Positions 12,601 to 25,000 of a stretch of DNA of 64,000 nucleotides are shown in pieces; positions within the stretch are counted from its first letter, which is position 1, and each line of letters starts with the position of its first letter. The stretch covers positions 744,001-808,000 of the forward strand of contig JAYWIR010000028.1 in NCBI GenBank assembly GCA_036172245.1, in the 5' to 3' direction. A program made the translations under genes and the position numbers. The notes beneath the pieces are model-generated. The model was not told where the DNA came from, ran no database searches, and saw only the letters and a program-made list of their open reading frames with translations. The DNA comes from Raillietiella orientalis (Eukaryota).

Positions 12601-12750
12601 GTCTGCTCTTCCTCTTTTGCCTGTTATCCCAGTGTGGAACAGAGCCTCTGTGCCACCTGGAAATCAGCGATTGCTCCACCCGTTGCGATTCTGGACAGAG
12701 TTCGTCAAGCCCACACAAACGTGCACCAGATGAAGGCACTTTAACGAGTT
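9700..12750 (-). mobile_element. Degenerate hAT-superfamily transposase remnant
   Basis: Decayed motifs across several frames: ISTDIHQCFMLLIEICFPLRF (DESTD..L.I..R catalytic region), MKPLAS..ATFRY (K.L....TRW), then FW..G..LSCSSAA (dimerisation-domain LP.SSA..ER). Confidence 0.45.
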
Positions 12751-14829
12751 GACGATGCTGGTTGCGAAGTTACGGAGAAGAGAATTGCCGTTGTTCGTGG
12801 GAAGAAGACTCCGTTGGGTCTCAGCCGTGCTTGGGAAACTTTCCCCCGATTCCCCCTATCCATTCTCTGTCTTCAACCGGCCCCAGTGTTCTTGAAATAT
12901 CCCTTAGTGATTGCTTTTTACTCTTACAGCAACAGACTTGAAGCTTAGGAACGATGATGGGATTTTAAAAACTGAATCAAAAAAAAAAACAAATGGCGGA
13001 AAGCAGGAGACCTCGTCCTATTCCTGGGAAGTTGATCGATTATGAGTAAGTGGATCTCAGCTTCAGGGTTTATTCCGAAGAAGCAGCAGCTTCTCCCCTT
13101 CATCAGAAGAGCGTGAGAATGACGTGGCACCTATGAAGGATTTCTGTCGATTCGCAACACGTTCGAGGTTAAGAAGTTACCATTCCACTTTGCTCAATGT
13201 GTGCGGCGAGGATGTTCTGCACGTTCGAGATGACGTCATTCCAGAGGAGCGGTCCCCTCAAACGCTCCCGGGCTTAGAATGAATTTTCTTCGAGATCCCA
13301 ATGATAGAGTTGAGGCTTCCGCGAGAATTTAGGAGTTATTTTTATTGTGGGTTTCAAAAGAATCACATTCTGAGTGTGTGTGTGTGTGTTCTTTTTTTCT
13401 TCTTCTGATTTTCCTCTCAAACTCCTATTGGAAACGAGGTGCGAGCGATCTTCTACTTCGGATGCCAATCAAAGTCTGATGAGAAGATCATTCTCTTGAA
13501 ATTCCTGCGTTCCCAATCCTTCCACAAACCGGGAACGTATTTATCCTTTTCTTCGTTTCATTAATACGTACTCTCTGATGAACCTATCCAGGTTCGTCGT
13601 AAAAGTTCACGGTGAAACCCATGGTGTCTTTCGTTCAGCGCGCACACTTATTTTGAAGGTCAACGCTTTGATGCATCAGCCTGTAATGCTTTCCCCCCAA
13701 AGAGACCTCAGGTCGAATTTGGGTTTCGAAACGAAAACCTCTCTTCTGGTTGCCTTGCTCATGAACATCGAATCCGCATCCCAGACGAAGGTGGTCACTG
13801 CCTTCCGAAAGCTCCCTCTTCTTCTTCTAAGCATCTCCTTTAGTGGGTTTAGCCTCATCTTGTGAAATCTATAAAGTGGCTTCCATCTCTTCCACCAAGA
13901 ATCGTACTGATGCTGGTTAAATTTTTCGGACAGAAGGGCCATTTCTTTCCTCATTATGTCATTTCGGATAAGAATCTTCCTGCTCCTGCCTCGCCATTCC
14001 ATACATCGTCGTTGCCCTCCAGATTGACCCGACCTTTTTCCAAACAAACACTACTACTCTTGTCTCGTGGCTTCCGGTGCAGCCATCGCCATCGAATCAG
14101 CAGGAGATAACAAGTGTCTACTCTTCTCGTGAAAGGATCCTGGAATTGCCACAGACACAGATGTGCATCTCTGTAAGGGCACGCCGAATACGTGCCCGCT
14201 TCGTGCCTTTTATGGCGAATAGCATTTTAATCGCGTGAGGTTTGGTCCGCAAAGATTCGGGAGATTCGTGATGCAGACTTCCGGAGATCTGCCGAAAAGG
14301 AAGCGCTGCCATCATTCCGTGGCGAAAGCAGCATCTTCCTCCCGGATCGCAATGCAATGACATTTTTCGCGGGCTGCTTGCCTCGTGGAGGGAGGGCGGG
14401 GGATGTGGTGGTGCCTTTTTCATGTGGTGCCTTCTTTTGGAAAAATTGCTGCATCTGTGCGTAGAGAAACGGTTTCGCTTCCAGAATTCTGCTTCCAAGA
14501 GATAGAAAACAGACGGCACACCGAAACATCTTCGTTGCCACGCGATGCCGAAAAACCGTCCCTGCACCTCTCTCCTGGATTTCTCATCCTCATGGATCTT
14601 TTTTTGTCCGTCACGTGATTAACTCGAACTTCCATGGAGGTCAAGCAAATTCAGTCAGTCAAAGCTTTCTACTAACCAATTACTCGCTATTCTACTTCTA
14701 CGGGATAAAAAACTGCTCTCGGAGAACTTCATAAAGCAAACACTCTCGCGAGGAGATTTCGATGGGATACAAAAGGAGGGCTTCAAAATACAGAACACGG
14801 AAACACCGAGCGATGACGATCCCGAAGGA

Positions 14830-15090
14830 TTCTAAAAATAAACGCATGTACTTATTGGATATATTAATGCATATATTTATACATAGATTGATGTATGGAT
14901 TAATATTTTTTAATGGACATTATAATATATATATGCTTATTAAGTATACATATAAATTAATATGATTTATTTTAACATATATATTTATTAATATTCCTTA
15001 GCATGCATGTTATTAATATATTTTACACTATATTCATTACATATAAATGAATGTAAATTTGTATATAGATTATAAAAATTAATAAAGGAA
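14830..15090. other. Very AT-rich low-complexity island
   Basis: An abrupt ~260-nt stretch made almost entirely of A/T (TATA/ATAT runs) within sequence of otherwise balanced GC. Confidence 0.85.
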
Positions 15091-15099
15091 TTCTGATGG

Positions 15100-16880
15100 T
15101 TCAGGATTTACCGCAGAAAGGAAGTCCTCGAATCAGAAGACAACGGTAAACCTGAAGTTGGTGAAGTGACTTCTTACTCTGAAAAGGCGATTCTCCTGAA
15201 GAAGAAAGAAAGATGAAAAGTTACTTCCCATCCTCCTTCTGGAACTGGCCACTCGGACACCCCAGCATGGTCTCGTGAGAACCTGAGGAAATGAGTAAGC
15301 GAGACGCAAGGAAAGGGTTTGGAGGAAAGCGTGTGAGGTCATCTTGTGACCCGGAAGAGACTCCAGGAGGCGAGGTCTCAGGAGCAGCGTCTCTGCAGCA
15401 GCATTTAGAAGACTCCCCACAGACGATGCATGAATCCCCAGACTCCCTCTGGGAGTTTTCAGATTTGTCTTGAGGACTACCGATTTCTGCACTGAGAAAG
15501 GGTTTCGTCTGCAGCCAAGGAAAGTGATGCGGCTGCGCAGCAGTAGGCACCGCAGGCACTCTTAGACCGAGTGGTCGTTCCAACTGCTTCCAGTAACAGT
15601 CAGTTGTGTGAGTTCAGTCCCGCTTGTCCATTTCACATCCCTCTTTTGCCTCTTTCAGGAGGTTCAGGACGGGACGTCCGCGTTCCTCTGAGAGTCCAGA
15701 AGGACGGTTCGCAAACCTGCCAGGGCCACTACTCAGCCAGCAGAAGGCTTCTGGTTTCCGCCGACCACACTGGAAAATGCTCGTTTGGCGGCACCTGACG
15801 ACACAACCGTTTGTGGACGAAACCCATCTCTCTTCCAGGAGGAGCTTCTGTGAGCAGCTGCGAGCCCAAAGGGGATCGGCGAGAGGATGGCAAGCCAAGC
15901 CGTTTTTCCTCTTTTTTGTTCTCTGTAGAAGGAACCCAACAAAGAAATTCAAAGCCGTTGAATCTGATTCCTCTTGAATCATTAGTGCAGGAGCTACTAA
16001 TCAGAGGATGAGGTGCAGCGGAAGAAAAATCGGTATTTCCTTTACAAAGAGGGAAAATGCTTTGGAACGGAGGCTGGAGACGAGCACAGCCATACAGCCA
16101 ATAAAGAGGAATTTTCCTCCCTTGGGGAGGAAAGGGCGAGAGCGTTCTCTCGTGAGATCGGAAAGCGTGGGATCTCGAAAGAAGAATAAACGCGAGCAAA
16201 AGATTAATTTGAAAGCAAAAGGAACTCGTCAAATCGAGGTCTACTATCTCGAACACAGACGTGTGGATTCAGGATCGACCACGAGAGGCTCCCTAATCCC
16301 TGGGGAATGATAGTTCCGAACTCGAAGCACCGACTATGGAAGGAGCCGGTGCGCTCCTTATGTGGGTGTTGATCCGTGCGCGTGCAGGAACCGGAAGGAA
16401 CCTAAGGAAGCGAACCCCAGCTCAGCGTGGCTTTCTAGAAAGCCTCCTCAGCTGGACCCAGATGGAGCCTCTCCCAGACGCGGGGACCGATGCCATTCGC
16501 TTACTTTTTTTCAACATACGTACCGCAACATGCGAGGCGGTCCGCGGCCATCAGAGCACGGTCCAACCTGAGTCATCTCTGCATTCCGTCAGTCTCGAAG
16601 AAAGTGCTTCCCCTGAAAGAGTCCAAATCACAGGAAACCGAACTCCTAGGAGACGATGATTTTCTGTGCGCTTGGCTTCCGGACCATGGCCGCCTTTCCC
16701 TTCTTCCGAGGTTTGGCGGAGAACCTTGAAGAGCTAAGGTGGAATCGTAAGAAGATTTCGGGATTTCTCCCAGAGATCACTGCATATCATTTCGGCATTT
16801 TTGAAGCGCCCGAACTTTATCAGCAGCGTCCCATGCTGCTGTGCACTACTTTCTCTCTGGTCCATTTCACCCTAGAATAA
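15100..16880 (+). mobile_element. Degenerate Bel/Pao LTR-retrotransposon pol remnant (RNase H to integrase)
   Basis: IPRLPL (IPRLEL), VWRHLTTQPFVDETHLSSR (WRHV....NPAD..SRG), C.CR..K...P followed by PLPDAGTDA (PF...G.D), and PFFRGLAENL (PWWGG.WERL), in the expected order. Confidence 0.45.
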
Positions 16881-16942
16881 CTGCTGTTGTCCTTGATGCA
16901 AAACAAAAACAAACATCAAAGGAGGACCAGTAAAACTATCCA

Positions 16943-19900
16943 TCATATTTTCACACGCTTGTTGAATGCCAAGGTGAAATTACCGCCGCCTCCTAGGGAA
17001 TTCATAAAACCGAACGGTCTGAAAAAACCGATGCTTTTTATCGTGACGTTGAGATCCACATCATGACCAGGTTTGGTCGTGGTGGTTTTGCAATTATTTG
17101 TGATTATCGTTCCGTCAGATTCTGTTTTTGAGGTGCATCCCGGACCTTCGCTGGTCCACTCGGGTTCCGTGGTCCACTCGGGTTCCGTGGTCCACTCGGG
17201 TTCCGTGGTCCACTCGGGTTCCGTGGTCCACTCGGGTTCCGTGGTCCACTCGGGTTCCGTGGTCCACTCGGGTTCCGTGGTCCACTCCGGTTCCGTGGTC
17301 CACTCTGGTTCCGTGGTCCACTCGGGTTCCGTGGTCCACTCCGGTTCCGTGGTCCACTCCGGTTCCGTGGTCCACTCCGGTTCCGTGGTCCACTCAGACT
17401 CCGTGGTCCACTCAGACTCCGTGGTCTCTGTTGTTTCTTCTGTCTCCGTTGTCATGGAGGTTTCATTTCCTGGAATCTGCGTTGTTTTCGTTTGATTCAT
17501 GGTTACAGGGGGTTTAGTAGTTGCAGGCCGTCTGGTAGTCACGCTCTCGTTCTTTTGTGAAGAGTACACAAACCAAGCGTCCAAACTGCTGTTAAGACGT
17601 ATCAGGAGCTGCTGAGCTGCCTGCAGCTGTGCTCTCAAAGTGTTCCTCAATCTCCAGGATATTCTTTCTCGCAGGGAATCCCTCATTACTTCCTTGATTG
17701 ATGCCCTTTTGATGTCTCTTATAACAGAGTCGAGGGCTTCTTCTGCAGCGCCAGTAGCTCCTTGAAGCTGTTCCCTGAGGACTTGGATGCGAGAAAGCAT
17801 CTTTCTTTTAAACAAGGGAGCTTTTCTAGAGCTGAAGTTCCCAGAGTCGTTTCTCAGTCTAAGGGCCACCGTGCACAGTTGGGCAGCCTCATCGAAGGAA
17901 AAAGGAGGAGGGCATTCGAATGCATACACTCTACCGCCGTGACACTGATAGAACACTCTAAGTTTATCAGGATCACCGTAGAAACGAGGGAGTTTATGTG
18001 ATGAGCACGTATGTTTTCCTTCTGCAGTAGAAACCGCTCTGGCTTTCCTAAATAACAAGACAAAATGAGCTCCTCAACAGTGATTCAAGATGTTCGAAAT
18101 GAATGCTAGAAGGTGATTTTTTTTTTTTTTTTTACATGTTTCCATGATGGTCCCCTTTGACCAGATCTCAATAGAAGACTTGTCTCAGTGCGTTTGTAGC
18201 AGCGACTATTCACAGCTTTTCAACAGCTGTTTCATAAGATCATGGGAGAGTGCAAACGACCCGCGTCCCTCAAGTGGTGGGTAAGAATGTAAAAGTGATA
18301 GAAAGGAAATCCTATTAAAGCGTGAAGGCTGGCAACGAACTGGACCGACGGACAGAACTGTCACAGTTTGGACGATACCCGCCGCAGATAGGATGTAAAC
18401 AAACCAGGGGTCATCATCTATAAAGTTAGTTCTGACGTAATCTGGCCACGCAAGAAGGTAGAAGAAGATGGAAAGAGAGCAAACCCGGAAAATTAGTCTT
18501 CCCGTTCAGCTTCCTGGGGATAAAAGAGTGAATCGGTAGGGATGGATATCCAATCCATCCAACCTTCTTAATTCGCGGAGTTTTTTCAAAAGTGTCGGCA
18601 TCCATAGAAGACAAATTTTGGAGTTCCAGGATAGTAGGAACATCATGGATTAACTCTTTGCGCACTGTAGATAACAGGAAGATTAAAGTTAAAATCCAGC
18701 ATACATTCAAATGTTCTTGCTTCTCATACATGTACTCCTCATACATTCTACTGAATGAAAATGATAATAATCATGTTTCCACATCTGCAAAATAATATTA
18801 TATTGTGTTCCCGTGATGGTTTATTCCTAGATGTTGGTGCCGATAGTTTACAATCGCATTGTAAGAAACGGACAAAATATTCTACGTTCCTTCCTTAGGC
18901 CGCAGATCACTACGGCAACAGAGTGTACGCTAATCCTGTTCTCTCTATCAGCAGCACGCCCAAGGGATAGAGCTCGTTTAAATCGCAATGCTGAGGTCCC
19001 GAATTCTAGGCGGACCGATTTGGAGCAGAGGTTCGCGTCACGGGACTATTTCTTCCACGAGGCGGTTTAGAAGAGACCCTTCCCCGTCCCTGCAGCTTAA
19101 GAGTACCTACTCTTAAGCTGTATAGCGAAGCGAGCAAATGGAAAGCCCTCGGAAACACTCCATCCGGCCCAATCTAAGACGGCGCCCTCCAAGAAACCAG
19201 AAGATTCGAAACCTTGCCACCAAGTATTTTTGGAGCACTGAATTCTCCTGTGCACGGAAGCGAGCATCATCATGATGCCTCCACAAAGTTCACCACCCAG
19301 CAGTTGGACAACTGACCCAGGAGTAACCGACTCACCTTTCAGGTGCGACGCATCCCGCCTTGGGATCCAGCTCGCAGACTTTTTTCTCGCGGTTGAAGTA
19401 CATGGGAGTGGGGCAGGTCAACAAGGAGAACTTCCCTCGGGAACACACCACGTACTCATTGCACAGAAGGTACTCGGACAGGATCTCGGGGTCGAACTCC
19501 GGACAATCTCCCTGGGAGTCTGGATGACCAGCCGATTGCGCTGACCCCGACTTCGCCTCTTGTTGACATGTCCTGTTACATTCTTCACTGAAGGAAAACT
19601 TACCGCTGGAAACCCGGATGGCTCCTAGGGCGCGTGATGGGATGAGCACGCTTATGGAAACCAGGAAAACGCAGCCGCACCTGAAACTACGACAAAAGAG
19701 GTCAGCAGAAGATTGCGAGAACGTTGGCTAGAGACAACTCCTTCTCAGAAGAAAACTACTTCAGTTCTCACAGAGGAAAAGAGAACAGAGTGGTTCGAAG
19801 TGGAATTTAGACTTTTGAAGGAAACTCTATCCCATTTCTACGGATTATTCTAGTCAGGGAGGCGCCTTTAGTGATGCTTTCCATCGCGTCACGGACGAAT

Positions 19901-20089
19901 GGAGTGAAAGTTTGTACTTGTAAAGGCTCGGGCACGGAAGAGATGCTCTTCCTTTTTGTAGGGTGGATGGAGATTTTGCTCGTTGATACGGATCGATGCC
20001 GGAAGAAGATTTCCGCATCCTTCTTTTGCATCCCACTTTAGAATCGCAAACGCTCACTTTCTGCATCCCTGTTTCTGAGAACGCTTCAT
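16943..20089 (-). CDS. Secreted chitin-binding (2x peritrophin-A/CBM14) repeat protein, paralogue B (~493 aa)
   Basis: Exons 19680-19336 (TTTCAG| ... GAAAG|GTGAG) and 18047-16943 (TATTTAG| ... TGA) have the same phase-2 junctions as paralogue A. Tentative first exon 20089-20058 (ATG AAG ... AGA AA|GTGAGC), total 1482 nt in frame. Hydrophobic leader CVFLVSISVLIPSRALG; 6-Cys CBM14 (CPEF..CNEYVVC..CPTPMYFN..C..C); a second 4-Cys CBM14-like domain; helical region; (WTTEPE)n; C-terminus homologous to paralogue A. Confidence 0.85.
17152..17422 (-). repeat. 18-nt coding tandem repeat (WTTEPE-type, 15 units)
   Basis: GTCCACT recurs every 18 nt from 17154 to 17406 (15 copies), in frame in the 16943-18058 ORF. 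Confidence 0.95.
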
Positions 20090-21079
20090 CTGTGGACTGC
20101 CCATTCATTTGGGCCCAACGGACACTGTGTAAAGAGAGTGCAGTCGGTTTGGATCCTCGTGCTCCGATCCTAGGAAATCACCTGAATTCTCGTCTCTGCC
20201 GTCGCCATTAAACAGTATGGAACTCGATCGTCCTTTTCTGCAGTACCGTGCTCGAGGTCACGGAATCGGTTGCTGCCGGTTCCCGTTTATGGGGACTCGG
20301 AAAGGAGGAGGAAATGCTTTCAAGGACTTTCAAAACACGATTTCTTGAACTCTTTCTTTCTCCACATATATGAAGGACCACTGGGACATTCTGCACTACC
20401 GGACACTCTAAGCCTCCAGAGAACGCGATCCCCCCATTCGACACTTTCAAAGCAATCCAGATCAAGGAGGGAAACCGAGCAAAGCACATCAGGACACATC
20501 AATCCAGAACAAGAAGGATCAGCATCATCCTCTGGCGTCAGAGGCGCATCCCTGATGGCAGGAAGGGGTGCAGGAGACGAAAGGAACAGTGGGGGGAAAC
20601 CGCACATGCAGAATGGCTCCACAACTAACCTCATCCTTTTCGGCAGAAGGGTGAAAATGTGTCTTCTGAATCTTCCAGGCTAATGGGTCATACCACCAGC
20701 ACTTGGAAACCACCAGAGTTTTTGGAAGAACAGATTCTCTTAGCCCCTCATGAGACCTAGATTTCGAAAGACCTACTTTTTGACACCATTTTTTTTTGTC
20801 TTTCGCGTTTGCATACTCGAGTTCCAGACGAGGTCGTTGAACCGAGGATCAGTGTTAGGGAAACAGTTATCTTTTTCCAAGTTTTTTTCTCTCTTCCTAA
20901 TGAGCAATCTCCTCCTTATTATTTTTCTCATTCCTTTATTTTTTTTCCTCTTCCCGCAAAGATTCCCACGAAGGCCTCGCCTGAATCGGGCGGGAAGCTG
21001 CCTTGATTCTATCTCCACCCTCAGGGAATGTCCCCAGAACGGCGATTCCCTTCGTTCTCATTCGAGGCATCCGATGGGA

Positions 21080-21083
<4 letters not shown>

Positions 21084-21118
<35 letters not shown>

Positions 21119-21129
21119 GTCTCTGTCTC
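21084..21129. repeat. (CT)n microsatellite
   Basis: About 15 perfect CT units followed by imperfect CTGT/CTCT units. Confidence 0.95.
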
Positions 21130-22099
21130 CCTGGTTCGCGACCACATATTGTGTTTACCAGGAGAGGTCACTCAGGAGCCCGCCGACCCGCGGTACTCTT
21201 TTGAGCAAGGAAGCACCGAGAATCGATCGAGCTGAGCTCTCATTAGCGAGAGAGCCGAAGCGGCTGCTCGGCGAGGGGACGCGCGCATTCCGGGGTCCTG
21301 GAATTTCGAAAACGTGCTTGTCTCAAGGCTGCACATCCGAAAGAAGGCTGAGAAGAACCGGGATTGCGTACGTCAGGAAGGGCAAGCGCCGTACATGGTA
21401 GAGACGGCTTGCTCCTCTGGAAAATGGCCGTGCTGTGAGAGGACGTCATTCTTTCCCTCAGGGAAGAGGTGGTCCTCGCCGCACTACTCTGTCTCATCGG
21501 CTTCCTCACTCAGTTCCGACGGTGGGTGTGGTCTGACACTAAGTTCATAGTCCTAGCAGAGAAAACGGGGAAAATGTCCCACTGTTTGTTTCACCTCTGC
21601 ATGCGTGAATCACTTGGTCGGTGACAACAGCAGCTGATGCCAGTCGAAACTCCAGCAGCTTCCGGACAGAGCACCAACCGGAAGCACAGGGATGGTGCTC
21701 AAGGGAACTGCTCTGGAGCTGCAGAAGGGAAAATCGACAGCTGCCATGACCGAGGGCTGAGGAGGACACTTGTGTTCAGGGATTCCTGCTGTGGCTGCGG
21801 GAATCCCTGAACTCCGTATGCTTGCTGGCTTGCCGCTGCTTGGGAAACATGCGACCCGCAAAACAAGGTTCCGGAATCCGCAGCGTCGCCTTGACTCCTG
21901 GCGAGAAAAACGGCATCTGTTTCGGCTGCAAAAGATGACAGCGAATGTGTTTTCAGAACAGAATTTTCTAGAGAGAAAAAAACTGCTATCCCTGAGGAGT
22001 GTTCAGGAGAGCAAACGCCGTCCTGATGGAGAGACGTATGGCGCTTGAGTCTGCTGGCCCTCGATGCTCATACATGAGGCACGGTTTACTTATCGAAAA

Positions 22100-25000
22100 A
22101 AAAATATATTCACAATAGTCTACAATAGCCTGTTATTACTTGAGTACAAAAACACTGCCAGCATTCAAACGCTTTCTGCTCGTATGACCTGTTCTAACTG
22201 GTCTCACTATTTGTTGTAGTTTGTTTCAGCTTCGGGTACTGCTCCAGATTCCGCATGAGTTGCATTGGTGCCTTCCTGCTGGAACAACGGTTTGCAGACT
22301 TCCTGACGGATCTTTCCCTTCTCTCCAGGCCTTTAGGGATCCCTTGAACATCGATCAATTAGAGGAGATTAGAGTTCTTTTTGAAACGTATTCTGTTTTC
22401 AGTTCTCAAAGAACAAGAAGACGCAGATTCAGTGCCAGAAACTCATTTACCTTGACACTGACAGAAGCTCATTTACCTTAGCTTCAGTGCTTCACTGACA
22501 TCTTCCACGATTCTGGAGCCTTCGTGATTTCCGTAATCCAATCTACATCAGTTATTCAGTTGCAGCAAGATGCAAGAAGATTCTGCTTTGAAGATAGAAC
22601 ATACAAATGGCATGAGGAAGAAACTCTCATTAGTAAAGATAGTGGCAATCCTTGGAAACGCTTTTTTGAGCGTGCTGCATCCCCTTCTCTGTTCACTTTT
22701 TAAACAAGATCTGATAAACTTTGCTTTCAAGTGCAGCTTTGGTACTCTTCGAAGAATATCCCATCTTACCTTCTGGATAATCCATCCCCTGTAGATGACC
22801 TATGTATGCAATCTCATTTTTGATTTCAGTTAGCAATACTCACTATAGTGCTGAATGATGTGCCGGAGAAAGTGGACTGTGCTGCTCTCAGTTCACGTGA
22901 ATCTCTTCTCTGCTTCTCTTCTAAGGAAGTAGAGATGTTTTGAACATTTTTTAAGCGAGATGACTTTGAGACTGGTCTTCTCTATCGCATTCACGTGTCG
23001 AACTTGAATGCTCATCACATTCCTGGAGTATCGTGATCTTTTCCCTTGGGTCTTCATTGCCATCGCTCTGTCGCTACAGCTCTCCGTGGCCTTCATTTTC
23101 GATTCCGTTTTGGCCATCCTAATAGGCAGCTCAGCCCTCATCATGCCATTTTCCCTTCTGTTTTGTTTTTCTATCGTGTTGAACTCCGCATGACCGTCTT
23201 CCACAGCATCTGGAAGATTGCCTTTACTGAACTCTTCGTGATTGATCCCTCTTGTCTCCGTTGCAATATGAGAGTAATCCAAAAGCAAGAGTATTCTCAG
23301 GATCATTATTCCTAAACAGTGAAGTGCACTCCATGTGTTACTTTCTCTTCCTTATTAGGCAGACTGAGAACAGAAGTGCCCTCATTGAAACATCCGGTAA
23401 TCACAGAAAAAATCAGCAGCTGACTTTTTGCATGCATCCCTGTCTCTTAAAGGTGTTTCTTTCTGTACCTACCCTACTGCCTTCCCTATTTACTGAGTCA
23501 GCAATAATCTATGCAGGCAGACCACTCTGCTGCACTTTGTGGGACCGGAAGGTCAAACGAATGGGAAGTTTCAGTGGAAGCTTTTTTCGTTGCCTTTTGA
23601 GATGCTTGGTCTTCGAAGCACCTGGTAATGGGACGGTTATAATCTTCCTATGAACAATCCTAATTGGTTCTTCTGAGGGAAGACATGCAGCAATAATCCC
23701 CATTCCTGGGTAAAATGACAAACACATCCAAATTCGCAATAAACATATTTATTCCCTTAGAAATCTCAATTGATGGTCCTTCTACGCCTCTTATATTACG
23801 CCTACAGAATAACGCTACAGAAGTACCACTTTTCAACAGCATCCATCTTTTAAAATCAGTAAATAAATTCGCTTTCAAAAACGAAGATTGTCTTCCAAAT
23901 CTTCTGCTTCGACCATCACAATTATTGTCGGCCTTCTCTTCGTTGTAACTCGACTCCTTCTACTCCATTGCAGTTCTCCATTGCAAACTCCATCTTCTGC
24001 TCTACATTATTCATCTCTGACGGTTTCCATGCTTCCTTCGGTCCAGTCAGTTCGGCCCTATGTTGCAGGAGGTTTCGTATGTCGTCATTGGCATCACTGT
24101 GGCACCTGAAATCACTTCCACCTTCCTTGACTACCACTTGTGCACGTTGCCTGATCGAGAGCAGCAGCGATCGGTTACCTGTCGTCCTCTCTTCATGGAG
24201 AGCTCCCGGATGCTTGGTCGCTCATTCTGCTCTTCTGAGCGAGTTGTCCCTCCTGCCTCCAGGAAAAAGCTTGCGAGTGATTCATCAGCCCTAAGCGCGC
24301 TCTTCCTGGTCCTGAACGGCATGCGGTCCCGACCAAAGGAGATAAGGGAGTCCCCGAGTGGATGGGAATCACCAGACAATACATGGAAATTCAAAACATG
24401 GAAATTCCGAGCTCGGAATATTCGTTGAGAATCTCATTCCCATTTGCAATTAATTTGGTGATTGTTCCAACGAATTATCCGTGGCAACACACTCGGCCTT
24501 TGAGCTCTTGCAATCTCGAATTTTGTCCTTGTTACTCAACAGCCTCTACCGTCTTTCATTTGGAGTTTTCCTATGAGGTCAATGCTTCGCAGGGGTTGCG
24601 CGGGCTATTCCTCTTTCTGCTTGCGTTTTTATGATCGTACACTTTTTTTTACTTTTCGCTATTCAGCGTGAACAACTTTCGATTTTTAAGAAATAAAAAG
24701 TGGTCTTCTTGGTGCGAGTATACTTCAACACACCATCCTTTCTAGACTAAAATCTTGAGAATAGTCCATCATCGAGTTTAGCTCACGCTGTTAATGATAC
24801 TTCTTCCGGCAGCTCGAATTCTTCTTCATCGAACTTAAATTATATCGTATTGCTGTCCACCATCCTCCTAACCATTCTCAAAGCTTCGCTCTATGTAAAC
24901 TAAAAGGGGCCAATCCATTTTCCTTCAACTACCACCATTGAAGTTGAAATCGTATTTAAAAGGATGACGTTTGTTTGTGCAACCAATCTTACATTCACTG

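Noticed and set aside
13476..13501. CTGATGA...GAAA hammerhead-like core
   Set aside because: Stem II is imperfect and I could not find stems I and III with a valid cleavage triplet.
13000..14100. Possible retrotransposon gag-like remnant on the minus strand
   Set aside because: Only vague similarity (IRSRFVEGL); no clear zinc knuckle.
17073..17517. Alternative-frame repeat ORFs (VVHSGS, WSTRVP, VDHGTR)
   Set aside because: Shadows of the 18-nt WTTEPE coding repeat.
18150..18750. Faint leucine-rich-repeat-like fragment on the minus strand in the paralogue B intron (LELQNLSSMDADTFEKTPRI)
   Set aside because: Too short and degenerate to support a call; no usable splice context.
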